Source: the human T2T-CHM13v2.0 reference genome, Homo sapiens. Taken from it: a stretch of DNA of 64,000 nucleotides. Every line of letters begins with the position of its first letter. The stretch's first letter is position 1. The notes under the pieces are model-generated. The model worked only from the letters and a program-made list of their open reading frames with translations. It made no database searches and was not told where the DNA came from. Location of the stretch: NCBI RefSeq assembly GCF_009914755.1, contig NC_060929.1; one strand, 5' to 3'. This document shows positions 53,261-64,000 of this stretch, piece after piece. A program made the position numbers and the translations under genes.

Positions 53261-56200
53261 GTATGTATGCTTATTTCTATAACTAGTCCTATAAAAGTAT
53301 CAATTTCCAAGTAGGCAACCAAATTGTAAAGTTACTGAGATATTGTATGTCTCTCTGTATCTGCCTCAAACACTATGTATTGCTATTTTTATACAATGCA
53401 TAATTCATGAGAAAATGGTCAATTATTGCACTTTAGCTTTGAAAGTAAAATTCATTCATATAATTTAGTGCTGTTTCATTTTCTGTCTTTGTTTTACTTC
53501 ATTTAATATTATAATTTTTATGTATAGTACAAATAAGTGCAAGCATAATCATTAAAAACCATCAGGCTGCTTTTGAAATCTAATAACCTTAACCATTTAA
53601 ATTATTGTATATTTTGTATGGTATGTTCATTAAGTAGATTTGAGATTCAAGAAAAAAAGAAATTAAGAATTAAATCCACATCTTACCTCTATAAGTCATT
53701 CTTCTCTGCCTTCATCAAGGTAGGAGCGATTATTGTCTTATACATCTATAGTTTTGTGTTAAGTTGCCATCTGCAGAGTTTAAAAAAAGCATCATTCTTC
53801 CCCTGTTCTGTTTATTGAAAGTGGTAATGTTTGATGCTTGTATGTCATATACTGCATGTGCTGGTACTAAAAAATTACTTCCCTGAATCTTGGCTTTTTG
53901 CCAGTTGTTTGGAAGGTAGTGCTTTGGGTTAGGCTTTGGAGTTTGTTATCCTAAAAAGTTGTTTTTGGCCTACGATACACGTTTTTAAACGTTAGTTTCA
54001 TGTTAATGCAAACCCACTTCTACTGACAGCACAAATAGGAATAGAAAGGATTTTTCTATTAGCAACATGTAGAAGTTTCCTGTTTCTTATTGCTAGCTGC
54101 TATTGGAATTCTTCAAAATGTATTACATTAGGTCTAGTTCAAAAATATCACTCTTGTATGAATAGTTTTTACAAAATTAAACAATTGAGACTTTAGAAAG
54201 GGGAAAATGCATTCTGAAAGAAGCATAAAGTAAACTGTGATCCTGAGGTTTTTAAATTATACAGCGGATGTTTTATAATATCTCATTCTAACAAAGTGAC
54301 CTTCAAAAAAATACAGCTTAGCTCAAAGCACTAAATGGCTGAGTAATTTAAAATAGCTAAATTTATCAATCCTGTTTATATATTTGTAAGTAAGCCAGTA
54401 ATAGCAGCCTAAATATAGTGGTATTCAGAGTGTTTACTGTAACTTCTTATGAAGTTTGTTCAGACTTTCAATGAATTATTTTGACATTTCAAATGCTATT
54501 TGAAATGTATGTCTTTAAAATAATTTTGTCTTAGAATACATTTACAAATAACAACATATATGAAACAATACGGAATGAGATACCACCATTTAATAGATGC
54601 ATCTTATAAAATGGTATGTTTCTATGGAAACTGCAGTTGGACTATGGTTTCCTTTTGAAGTTAGTCAAGTTGATCAAGGGAAACACTGACACTTCTAAAA
54701 GGTTAAAAACCCAGGGGTTTTGTTAGTGAAGCGGTATTAAAGGTTATATTTCATCTGTTCTTTCCAAATAGTAGGATGTAGGAGGTGTTATATACGCCTA
54801 CAAACCAGATTCTTTAAAATACTTTCATACCTTGCCATTCATTTACCCTTTTGTGTTTTATAGCATATATATAATATTCAGAGGTGAACATTATCTATAT
54901 ACCCAAATATACAAATATACCCAAACTCTTACTGGTCCCCGAGAATAATTCTATGGACACATAAGAAATTATTTTCCTGCAGTTTCTATTTTCTTCTGTT
55001 TGTGAATAAAAATGCTGTAACTAAAGGTATTTAACTTGAGAAGAAAAAAGCATTCTGATATTATCAATTTTCATATTGCAGAAAATAGGCTGTTACTCAT
55101 ATGTTGAAATTAGTGGGCCCATTAAAATGTCATCTCTAATGACGGTAAAGACAGTAGCCTAACCAAAAGCCATTTCAATGGCTAGCATAGTCTGTGTATG
55201 ATCCTACCAGTCTATGGGGACCACCAGCCTAGAATTAAAAGAGAAATACAGAAATGTACCAAATGCACATTTGTACACATAGTTCATGTGATGCACTAAT
55301 GAGATTAGTCTGTCTCCTTACAACACATAGGGCAAATCTCATTGCTGAAAGAGTATTTCATTCTTCTTAGAGATATTTGTTTGCACAAAGTGTCTATTTG
55401 TATGCATTCTTTGGAAAGTCAACTTGACCAAGTAGCTAATAAGGGGGCTTTAATTATTCAAATAAATTATGCCATGTATGTTAATTTTTAAAGTAAGCCC
55501 TCAAACTTCACTTATCACTTTATTTGGTGTTCTGGCCAAAACAATTTGTGTAGTATTTCTTTACATTGTACAATTATTTTAATACTTTTTAGCCCCAATA
55601 AGCAAAAGCCCACATTATTGTGGTTGTGCTAGCCACAAGCTAACAGACACCATCTATGTTGGTCCTACAGAAGATGTCAAACCCCTGTAGAAAACAGCAC
55701 AATGTGGGGTAGGAAGAAAAGACTTGAACCATCGATGGATATGTACTCATGGACAAGCTCTATACCTGTTAGTGGGTACAGATAGTTCTGTAAGTGATGT
55801 AGATAGTTCCACCTGGTTAATACTATATATAGTGTATATGTGTGTATATATGCACATACACACATACATATATATATTAAATAAATGCTATTTAAATTGT
55901 ACTATATATAGTATTATATATATATATTTACTTCCTATCTTAATACATTGGAAAACAGGTAGAAAGATATAAGTCAAGATATGTAATAAATGTTATGTTA
56001 GAAAGAAGAAATGACCTTTACTAAGATAGAAAAAAAAGAAGGAGGGGAGAGATAGAAATAATCATATTCCATAGACTAAAAGAAAGAAATGTAGCCATGC
56101 CACAAATAAACAGGAAGTGGGAGTTATCTCTAACATGGAGGAAAAAAATTCAAAGAAAGTTAGTGATCTTTAAAGAAAGCCAGTGATCATTAAAACACAG

Positions 56201-57190
56201 ATTTATTTAGTACTCTGTTTCTCCAGGAGAAATATATTTTCTTTGAAATTTGTATCTCAAAAATTGCTAGCTATTGATGTTTTGCCAGAATATTAATCTT
56301 GATTAGAAATTAACTAGAAATTAACTAGATGTCTTGACATCTAAGTTGTGCAAATCCAGTCTGTGCTTTCTCACAAACACACTAACCTTTCACAATATCT
56401 TTGTCTACATCTGCTCTCTGTAGAACAAAATCTGGTGTAAAGCAAGTGTACCTCAGATTCTGTCTCAAAAGATGTAATTACAGAGACACCACAAAAGCAT
56501 CATTATATGACAGTTTTACTTATCATGTTGTCCTGGATCATGCAACAATAGGAAACATTTTAATGAGGCTTTAATTGAGTCTGTAGGGATTTCTTTAAAA
56601 ATAATGCTTATTTTGACTGATTTTTTAAAATAATATTCATTATAAAAGATAAGGAAATTATGTAAAGTATAAATATACAAATAGAAATCATCCGTAGTCC
56701 CCAGAAACATGAGTACATATATGTATGTGAAATATATATTATGCATATATTTACATATTCAATATATGCATATGTAAAGCATTATTTTAATTATAATGTA
56801 TACACAATTTCATAGCCCTTTTTAAAAAATATACCTTGAATATTTTCTCCAGTGGTAAAAATTATTGGCAAGAGTGATTTTTAATGGCTGCATAATACGT
56901 GCATATTCCTGCCTATATCAATTTGAAAATAACCCATTTGCATATAAGGGAGTTTATCTGCGAATGAGTTGATTATGTCTGCCTACAGGGAGAAAAACAC
57001 AAATGGATATTTAAAACAAACTAAAATGTCACCGTCCTTCAAAGACATTGTGAGTGAAGAATTACCTATATATGTAATAAGTACAATAAACTATACAATA
57101 GACTCAATTAGGCAGTGATTCTGCATGGAGGAAATGAATCCTAGGAGACTATATAGAATGAGGAAGTTCACACTGATGTCTTCCAAAGCA

Positions 57191-57191
<1 letters not shown>

Positions 57192-57233
<42 letters not shown>
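57192..57233. repeat. (CA)n microsatellite
   Basis: Direct reading. Confidence 0.95.
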
Positions 57234-57235
<2 letters not shown>

Positions 57236-59750
57236 CACATATATTAAGGTTGGCACTTTTAGAAAACTAACACATTTTGTAAGTTCTCTTTATTTCTTAT
57301 GCATTATAATTTCTTATATGCGTTCACTATACCAAAGCTATAAACATCCTGAACTTTCTATAACCATTGTTTAAGCAAAGAATATGGGCTTGAAACTAAG
57401 AAGCTTACTAGATGGAAGCAAAAGTCTACACAATTACATTTAAGAGTTCTGAATTTGAGTGTCTCACCTCTTTAATATTCAAAGTCTAGATGTAGTGTTG
57501 AAACTTACGTCTGTTGTATTGGGAAGATTCAGTGTCTTAAATTCCAGGCAGAATTGAAAATCAAAATCTATAATAACAGTATGTCCTTGTTATTATGTAT
57601 TATGCTCTAGACAACATTTATTTGGCTGCAGAAACAGCCTTTAACATGTTTTATTCAGTTTGCTCCAAAATCTCCTCATTGTAGTCTTTGTGCCCTCACA
57701 TAATCAATCTTTCTACTCAAAGGTCAGCATAAGCTACTGTATTCCCAAGGCAGAGAGAATATGACAAAAATATAATTTATTGAGGGAAAATACTCCATGA
57801 CCCCAGATAGTTAAAGGTCTTCGGACACCTTCTGTGAAACAGTAATTTCACAGTGGTTTTATGCTAACAAAAATGAATTACCATTGGCATGTTTTATCAA
57901 ATAAGCAGAATCAAGGGAACAAGGTTGCCAGTTAAAAACACAATAGTCTACTGTCAAAGCCTGCTAAAGTTACAGTTGTAAACAGTTTATGGGAAGAGTT
58001 AAATAAAGGCTGGGCATGGTAGCTAAAATTTATATTTCATTGATTTGTTCAAAATAGGGCATTCCTTTGATCCTCTAATAAAACACAAATAATTTTAGTA
58101 ACATCTTCTTAACTAATTCCAAGCACTCTCTATGCCACTTTGCTGTTTTAAAGAAGATACAGTTTTTGTTTGTATGCCTATTCACTAAAAATTTATTGGT
58201 TTCTTATGATTTATGAGCACTTCACAAGTCTTTATTTATTGAACTCATCTATCAAACACAATTCTAATTACCCCCCAAGGCTCTGGGAAGCTGACTGAAT
58301 GCTGTTTTGAATTGGTTTCCTAATAACGGAATAGGCAGATGTGAATGATCATTTATCACACAGTTAGGCTTTCCAATATAGATCTGTGTGCATGGTAGTT
58401 ATGAAAACCATCATCTTCTATCTTCTCCTTTTTTATATTTGTCTCGTTTTCTTAAAAAGGAAGAAAAGTTGATTTCTGATTGCTTTTCAATCAAATGAGC
58501 CCTATAAGGGGAAGAAATAATAAAGTTCACTTCATTTGTGATCCTTGAGCTGGTCACCATGGTCATGTGTTTTATTTCTCTGAGGCTAGAGAATAAATAT
58601 TGTGGGACAGTAATAAGTAAACAATCAATAAACCAAATTGACTTTAACCCGAAGGGAAAATCAGTTAAGACTAAGTCATAAAACAAATTATTAAATTCTA
58701 AAAAGAGATGCTTTTATTTTTCCATTCCTCATATCCTCTCATTAATCAGTTATGTTCCATGGCTCTAATCATGTTAACTTGGTTACTTGACATATTTTGT
58801 CAGTGGCTAAACTGCTGCTGAACATCCTATTTACTCTCCTTATATTATAGAAATTGCAGAACAATAAGCAGTAACAAGAGCTGGGTTTTTTTAGGTAATG
58901 AAGAACTAGTAATGTGTGTGGGAAATGGGAATTTATATTCTGGAAAGTTTTGAGAGGTATTTGATCATTTTTAAAAAATAATAGCACCTGCCTCATTAAG
59001 ATTTTACAATTTCTAAAAAATTAGATACTTTTTTTTTCTATCCAGTAATCTTAAAGCATTTTTTAAAAAACCTTCATAGGACCATTTTTCAATGTATATT
59101 TCATCTATTTTAGTTTTTCTCACCATATTCCTGAAAGTACATCAGAGAAATTTCCATGCTGGGAGCAGGGAATAGTGAGTGGTCCCTGATAATAGAAAAA
59201 TGTCCATTGATCCACAAAGCAGTTAATGCAAGCACACAACTTAGGAACTTTAATTGGTGGTGTTATTAGATTCCCATGTACTATGCTGCATTCCTTTTCT
59301 CCACACATTAGCTGCTACTATAGTTGTGTTTTCCATATACCAAACTCACACAATTGAATTCCTTAAAAGATCTAGAGCATTTGGGTATTTTATAAGAATC
59401 AAAAGTTAGGGAATAAAATTTAAAAATGGGAAATTACTGCAGCCTAAAATCATCAAGGAAATATTTTTATCTCTGCTAATGCAGATGCAAGGGCTGACAT
59501 TTTTAACAAATTATTATTCATCCCAGAATTGCTTATTGAGTATCTGCTAGGATAGGGAAAGTACTAATCTCTGGAACTATGACAAGAAATAAGAAATGAG
59601 AGGGACTTTTTTATATAAAACTATAGTTCTATCTTGTAATTTCTCCCTTCCCAGAGATAATTTAAATATACAGAAAGTATTTTTAGAACATCTTAAAGAA
59701 TTTGGTCATACATGTAAGGTACATTTTTTCAAATCAAAGAAAACTAGGCC

Positions 59751-60079
<329 letters not shown>

Positions 60080-60379
60080 TAGTTTTGTGCAAATCGCTGT
60101 GGTATGTATGTATTGACCAGTTTGCACGTTTCTTGTGTTACGATATGGACAAGATAGACCAGGATATGACAAAGAGAAACCCAGTTAAAGAATAAACCTA
60201 GCACTTGAGCTCAGAAGATGGTTAATTTAAAAAGAAAAACAATTAAGTTTTTTATAGTAAGATTGATAAGTTTGAGAAGAATGTATAGGAAAAAGTGTAA
60301 TGGCCAGTACAGAAAAGACAGGGAAACCTGAATCCAGTCTAGTGAGCAGTTTGGAGGGCAACTGTCATTCTGACCGTCT

Positions 60380-60562
60380 CCTTCAAATCCCAGTTCAATT
60401 TCCTACCAGCTGTGCAGGTTAGTACTGTACCTTTTGTTTCCTCATATAAAATAAGGACAATAATAACAATTTAATAGAGATTAAACGTATTAAACCGTAT
60501 AAAGCATTCAGCAAAGTGAATGGATCATGCTAAGCTCTCAAGAAATTTTAGCTGCTATTATT
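60380..60562 (+). mobile_element. MIR SINE
   Basis: ttcaaatcccagttc...ctaccagctgtg...gtttcctcatataaaataagg...taaagcattcagca...aagctctcaagaaat. Confidence 0.65.
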
Positions 60563-60776
60563 ATTTTCTATAGTTTATATTGTTCTGAATATGTTAACTC
60601 TGTCAACAATTGGTAAGCAGCAAACGTCTCCATTTTTCTAGGACTGTCCCAGTTTATGCCTAGTATAAATATTATTAACACCCTTTTCCTTTTAAAAAGT
60701 ATTCTAGTTTGAGAAACAAATTATATGGTCACCTTAGCAGGGAGTCCCAGAATAGAAATAGAAAATACCACCCAGA

Positions 60777-61328
60777 ATATACCCAAGGATTTTAAATCAT
60801 TCTACTGTAAAGACACATGCACACATACGTTTATTGCAGCACTATTCCCAATAGCGAAGACTTGGAACCAACCCAAATGCCCATCAGTGCTGCACTGGAT
60901 AAAGAAAATGTGGCACATATACACCATGGACTACTATGCAGCCATAAAAAAGGATGAGTTCATGTCCTTTGCAGGGATATGGATGAAGCTGGAAATATCA
61001 TTCTCAGCAAACTAACACAGGAACAGAAAACCAAACACTGCATGTTCTCACTCATAAGTGGGAGGTGAACAATGAGAACACTTGGGAACAGGGAGGGGAA
61101 CATCACACACCAGTGCCTGTCGGGGGGTAGGGGGCTAGGGGAGGGATAGCATTAGGAGGAATACCTAATGTAGATGATGGGTTGATGGGTGCAGCAAACA
61201 ACCATGGCACGTGGATACCTATGTAACAAACCTGCACATTCTGCACATGTATCCCAGAACTTAAAGTATAATAAAAAATGCCACAAATCAAAATCAAAGT
61301 TAGTCCAGTGGAAAAAAAAAAAAAGAAA
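60777..61328 (+). mobile_element. 5'-truncated L1PA (PA7/8-like) with a 33-nt 3' extension and a second A-tail
   Basis: ORF2 C-terminus (KDTCTHTFIAALFPIAKTWNQPKCPS) plus 3' UTR; TSD agaaaataccac(c/t)cagaa at 60760 and 61329. Confidence 0.92.
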
Positions 61329-61699
61329 AGAAAATACCACTCAGAAATATATAGCTGAACAGAGCTGTGGAAAAGGTAGCTATGGGGATATAACCAAGGA
61401 GTGTCCAAGGTGGGTAGGGTGCCATCAATCACACATCAGTTCCGTAGAGGTAGAGCCACTTTTAATACCATCCTAGACAGATTTTGTCATCCAGAGCAGA
61501 GATGGGGGTCCTTTCTGAGGAAGGAGAAGAGTCTTTCACTATGACAATCAAAAGATAAGATTCCCAAATGAGTACTGGTGGTAAGGAGGGAAAAGTTGAT
61601 GTTGCAAATCAGCCTAGGTTGGACCTTGTGATTCACTGGTTAGAGAGAGAAGAACACAGTTTTCTGAGTTGATTTACTCAAAAAAGTGTCATCACTAAG

Positions 61700-62235
61700 A
61701 GAGACACTATTAAAAGGTTAAAATATGGCGAGAAGATTAAGAGCTCCATTTTAGACATTTTAAGTTCAAATGAGACAGACAGACATCCAAGTGGGATTTT
61801 CCAGAAGACAGTTTTGTAACACCAGTTTGGTGTTAGGAGAGCTCCAGGCTTGGTAGTCATGTGCCTGGAGGTGGTAGCTTAAGTTTTGTAAGTGACTGAG
61901 ATCACTTAGTAGGAAGAGGCTTTAGCCAGGGGAAAAATGTTTCAGGGACAGACTTCCCGAAACACCAGCGTTTTTTACATGATGGACGGTAAAAAGAGGA
62001 AGCACAGATGATAGGTGGAGAAGACCTGTAAAGAACAACATTATAAGGAGAGAGGTTCTGAAGGGAACTTTCAACAGGGCTACAGCCTCCCAGTAGATCA
62101 AAATAAAGAGTCTATTAGCATTGGCAATTAGGATCCCTTACCTCTTGGAGAAGTCATACAACGGTGAAATAGGAAGTGGAAAGAAATGCATCCAATTTAG
62201 GGAGGGAAAAGGATGTAAGGAAGAATGAATCAGCA
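61700..62235 (-). mobile_element. L2 fragment
   Basis: gagctccattttagacattttaagttc...agacatccaagtgg...gagatcac...ttggcaattagga. Confidence 0.55.
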
Positions 62236-62242
62236 AGTAGCC

Positions 62243-62453
62243 CTGCACCATCCAATATGGTAAACACTAGGTGAAAATATTTATGTTTTGAATATAAATT
62301 AATTCAAAGTAAAAAATTAAAAATTAAGTTTCTCAGGTGCACTAGCCATTTACAAAGTACTCAGCCCCATGTGTCTGTCTAGCAGCTATTAAGTTGGACA
62401 GTGCAGACATAGATTACATCCATTATTACAGAAAATTCTTTTGGACAGTGTTG
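62243..62453 (-). mobile_element. MER3 (hAT-Charlie) MITE
   Basis: ctgcaccatccaatatggta...gcactagcca...ttggacagtgcaga...cagaaa.ttcttttggacagtgttg. Confidence 0.8.
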
Positions 62454-62820
62454 GAGCTTGTAAAGGAAGAGAGAAGATGGAAAAGCCTGAAGGATATGTT
62501 ATGTTAGAGGAGAGTCTCTCCCCACCTCCACAACAACTCAAGCCCTAAGTGAGTGTATGTATAGCCTGTGAGTCAGATATGAGGTAAAGAAGTTGTATTT
62601 ATTAATAAAAAAGAAAAGAGAGAAGACAGGAGAGGCTTTAGGGAATTCTGGAAGAATGGCATTCAGAACAGTGGAGTAGAGAGAGTTCTTTTTCCAAAGA
62701 TACGCTAAAAGAGATGGAGAAGGTACAGATACAGCCTCCTTTGGCAAAGCCAGTAACCAATTAGCTGTAGTAGCCACAGTGACTTATTAAGAAAATAGAG
62801 GGCTAGGAACCTAAAAGGGC

Positions 62821-63139
62821 TTTTTTTTAATTTTATTTTTTTTACTTATTTATTTTTTGAGACTGAGTCTCACTCTGTCTCCCGGGCTGGAGTGCAGTGG
62901 CGTGATCTCAGCTCACTGCAAACTCTGCCTCTGGGGTTCAAGCAATTCTCGTGCCTCCGCCTCCTAAGTAGCTGGGATTACAGGTGCCCACCACCACACC
63001 TGGCTAATTTTTGTATTTTTAGTAGAGATGGGGTTTCACCACGTAGGCCAGGCTGTTCTCAAACTCCTGACCTCAAGTAATCCGCCCGCCTTGGCTTCCC
63101 AGTGCTGGCATTACAGGCATGAGCCACCGTGCCCAGTCC
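62821..63139 (-). mobile_element. AluS (Sx-like), antisense
   Basis: Full Alu body; 16-bp TSD cctaaaagggcttttt at 62810 and 63138. Confidence 0.95.
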
Positions 63140-64000
63140 TAAAAGGGCTTTTTGTTTTCTATTACAAAAATCCAAATGTTTGACTAGGAAAAAGGAGCTG
63201 ATTTTTAAAATATTATATAAACCACAGGTTGAAGCAGATGCATGTTGCAATTAGTTTGTTTTTTCAGTCAGTAATTATAATAGCTATAATTTAGTGACAC
63301 CTACTTTATGATATGTACTGGACTGGGTATTTTAATATTAGCTGTCTTCTTTAAATCTACAAAGTAATTTCTAAAGGTTATTGTCACTATCTTTATTAAG
63401 TTAAGTAGAATTTACTTAAAGGCACAAAGTAGAATTATTTCTTAGGGGCACAGAAATAGGGTTTGATGTGTATTTGAATTGAGGAGTTGCCATACAGGGA
63501 AAGACCAGAGTGCTATAGGTGCACCCAGCAGAGACCCCTGAGTTGAATTGTCAAGAAAGGCTTTTTTGATGTGACACCTAAGATCTGAAAGTTGAGGAGC
63601 TAGTTTATTAGTGGGGAGGGAGTGGTCCAGGCAGAAGAAACAATATCTTCTTAGAGTTGATATTCAAGGAAATGAAAAGCCAATATGAGTGGAACATAAA
63701 CTGAAAAGAAAAAGGAAACATTGAGAGATGACACAGGGGTCAGGACCACCAACTTGCTTTATTTATGTTCTACTCCATCTGTTATATTCATTAGATGTAT
63801 TCTCTAAATAAACATCTTAATGTGACTAAGAAAATTGGTTAACATTTCAGGATTCCATATTATATCTAGTACACTAGAAGAGGAAAAAACTCTTTCTGGT
63901 TTGCACATAGGAATGTAAGAGACAGCCATCTAGTGGTCTCTCTCTCATGTAACAAGATGTTTGTACAGATTCTGCTCTGAAACTTTATTCTGGCAAGGCC

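Noticed and set aside
56304-56347. 11-bp duplication plus an 8-bp hairpin (tagatgtc-tt-gacatcta)
   Set aside because: Too short to distinguish from background.
53853-58395. TGCATG (RBFOX) motifs in the intron preceding optional exon A
   Set aside because: Only about three sites over several kb and far from splice sites, consistent with chance.
60725-61476. 96-109 aa ORFs
   Set aside because: They are the L1 ORF2 C-terminus and 3' UTR translations of a truncated element.

Overview
This is human genomic DNA (Alu/L1PA repeats, including a human-specific AluYb8). It covers an internal 64 kb of PAM (peptidylglycine alpha-amidating monooxygenase) on the + strand. Ten short GT-AG coding exons (88, 86, 84, 49, 68, 81, 77, 104, 185 and 72 nt; 894 nt in total) splice in phase. 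They encode residues ~90-388, which is most of the copper-dependent PHM domain with all six Cu ligands plus the His-rich linker. Exon numbers (~5-14) and residue numbers come from my recall of the human gene, not from the window. The rest is AT-rich intron containing Alus, L1 fragments, MaLR/ERVL LTRs, hAT and Tigger MITEs, MIR/L2 remnants and microsatellites; repeat subfamily names are recognised by eye. I see no evidence of a new gene or a novel biological system. The most interesting leads are: a recursive-splice-like AG|GTAAGG acceptor on one exon; a young AluYb8 that forms an inverted Alu pair around an 86-nt exon; an L1 3' transduction bounded by target-site duplications (TSDs); a nested AT-rich palindrome; an AP-1 motif cluster; and a possible PHM-only intronic read-through.
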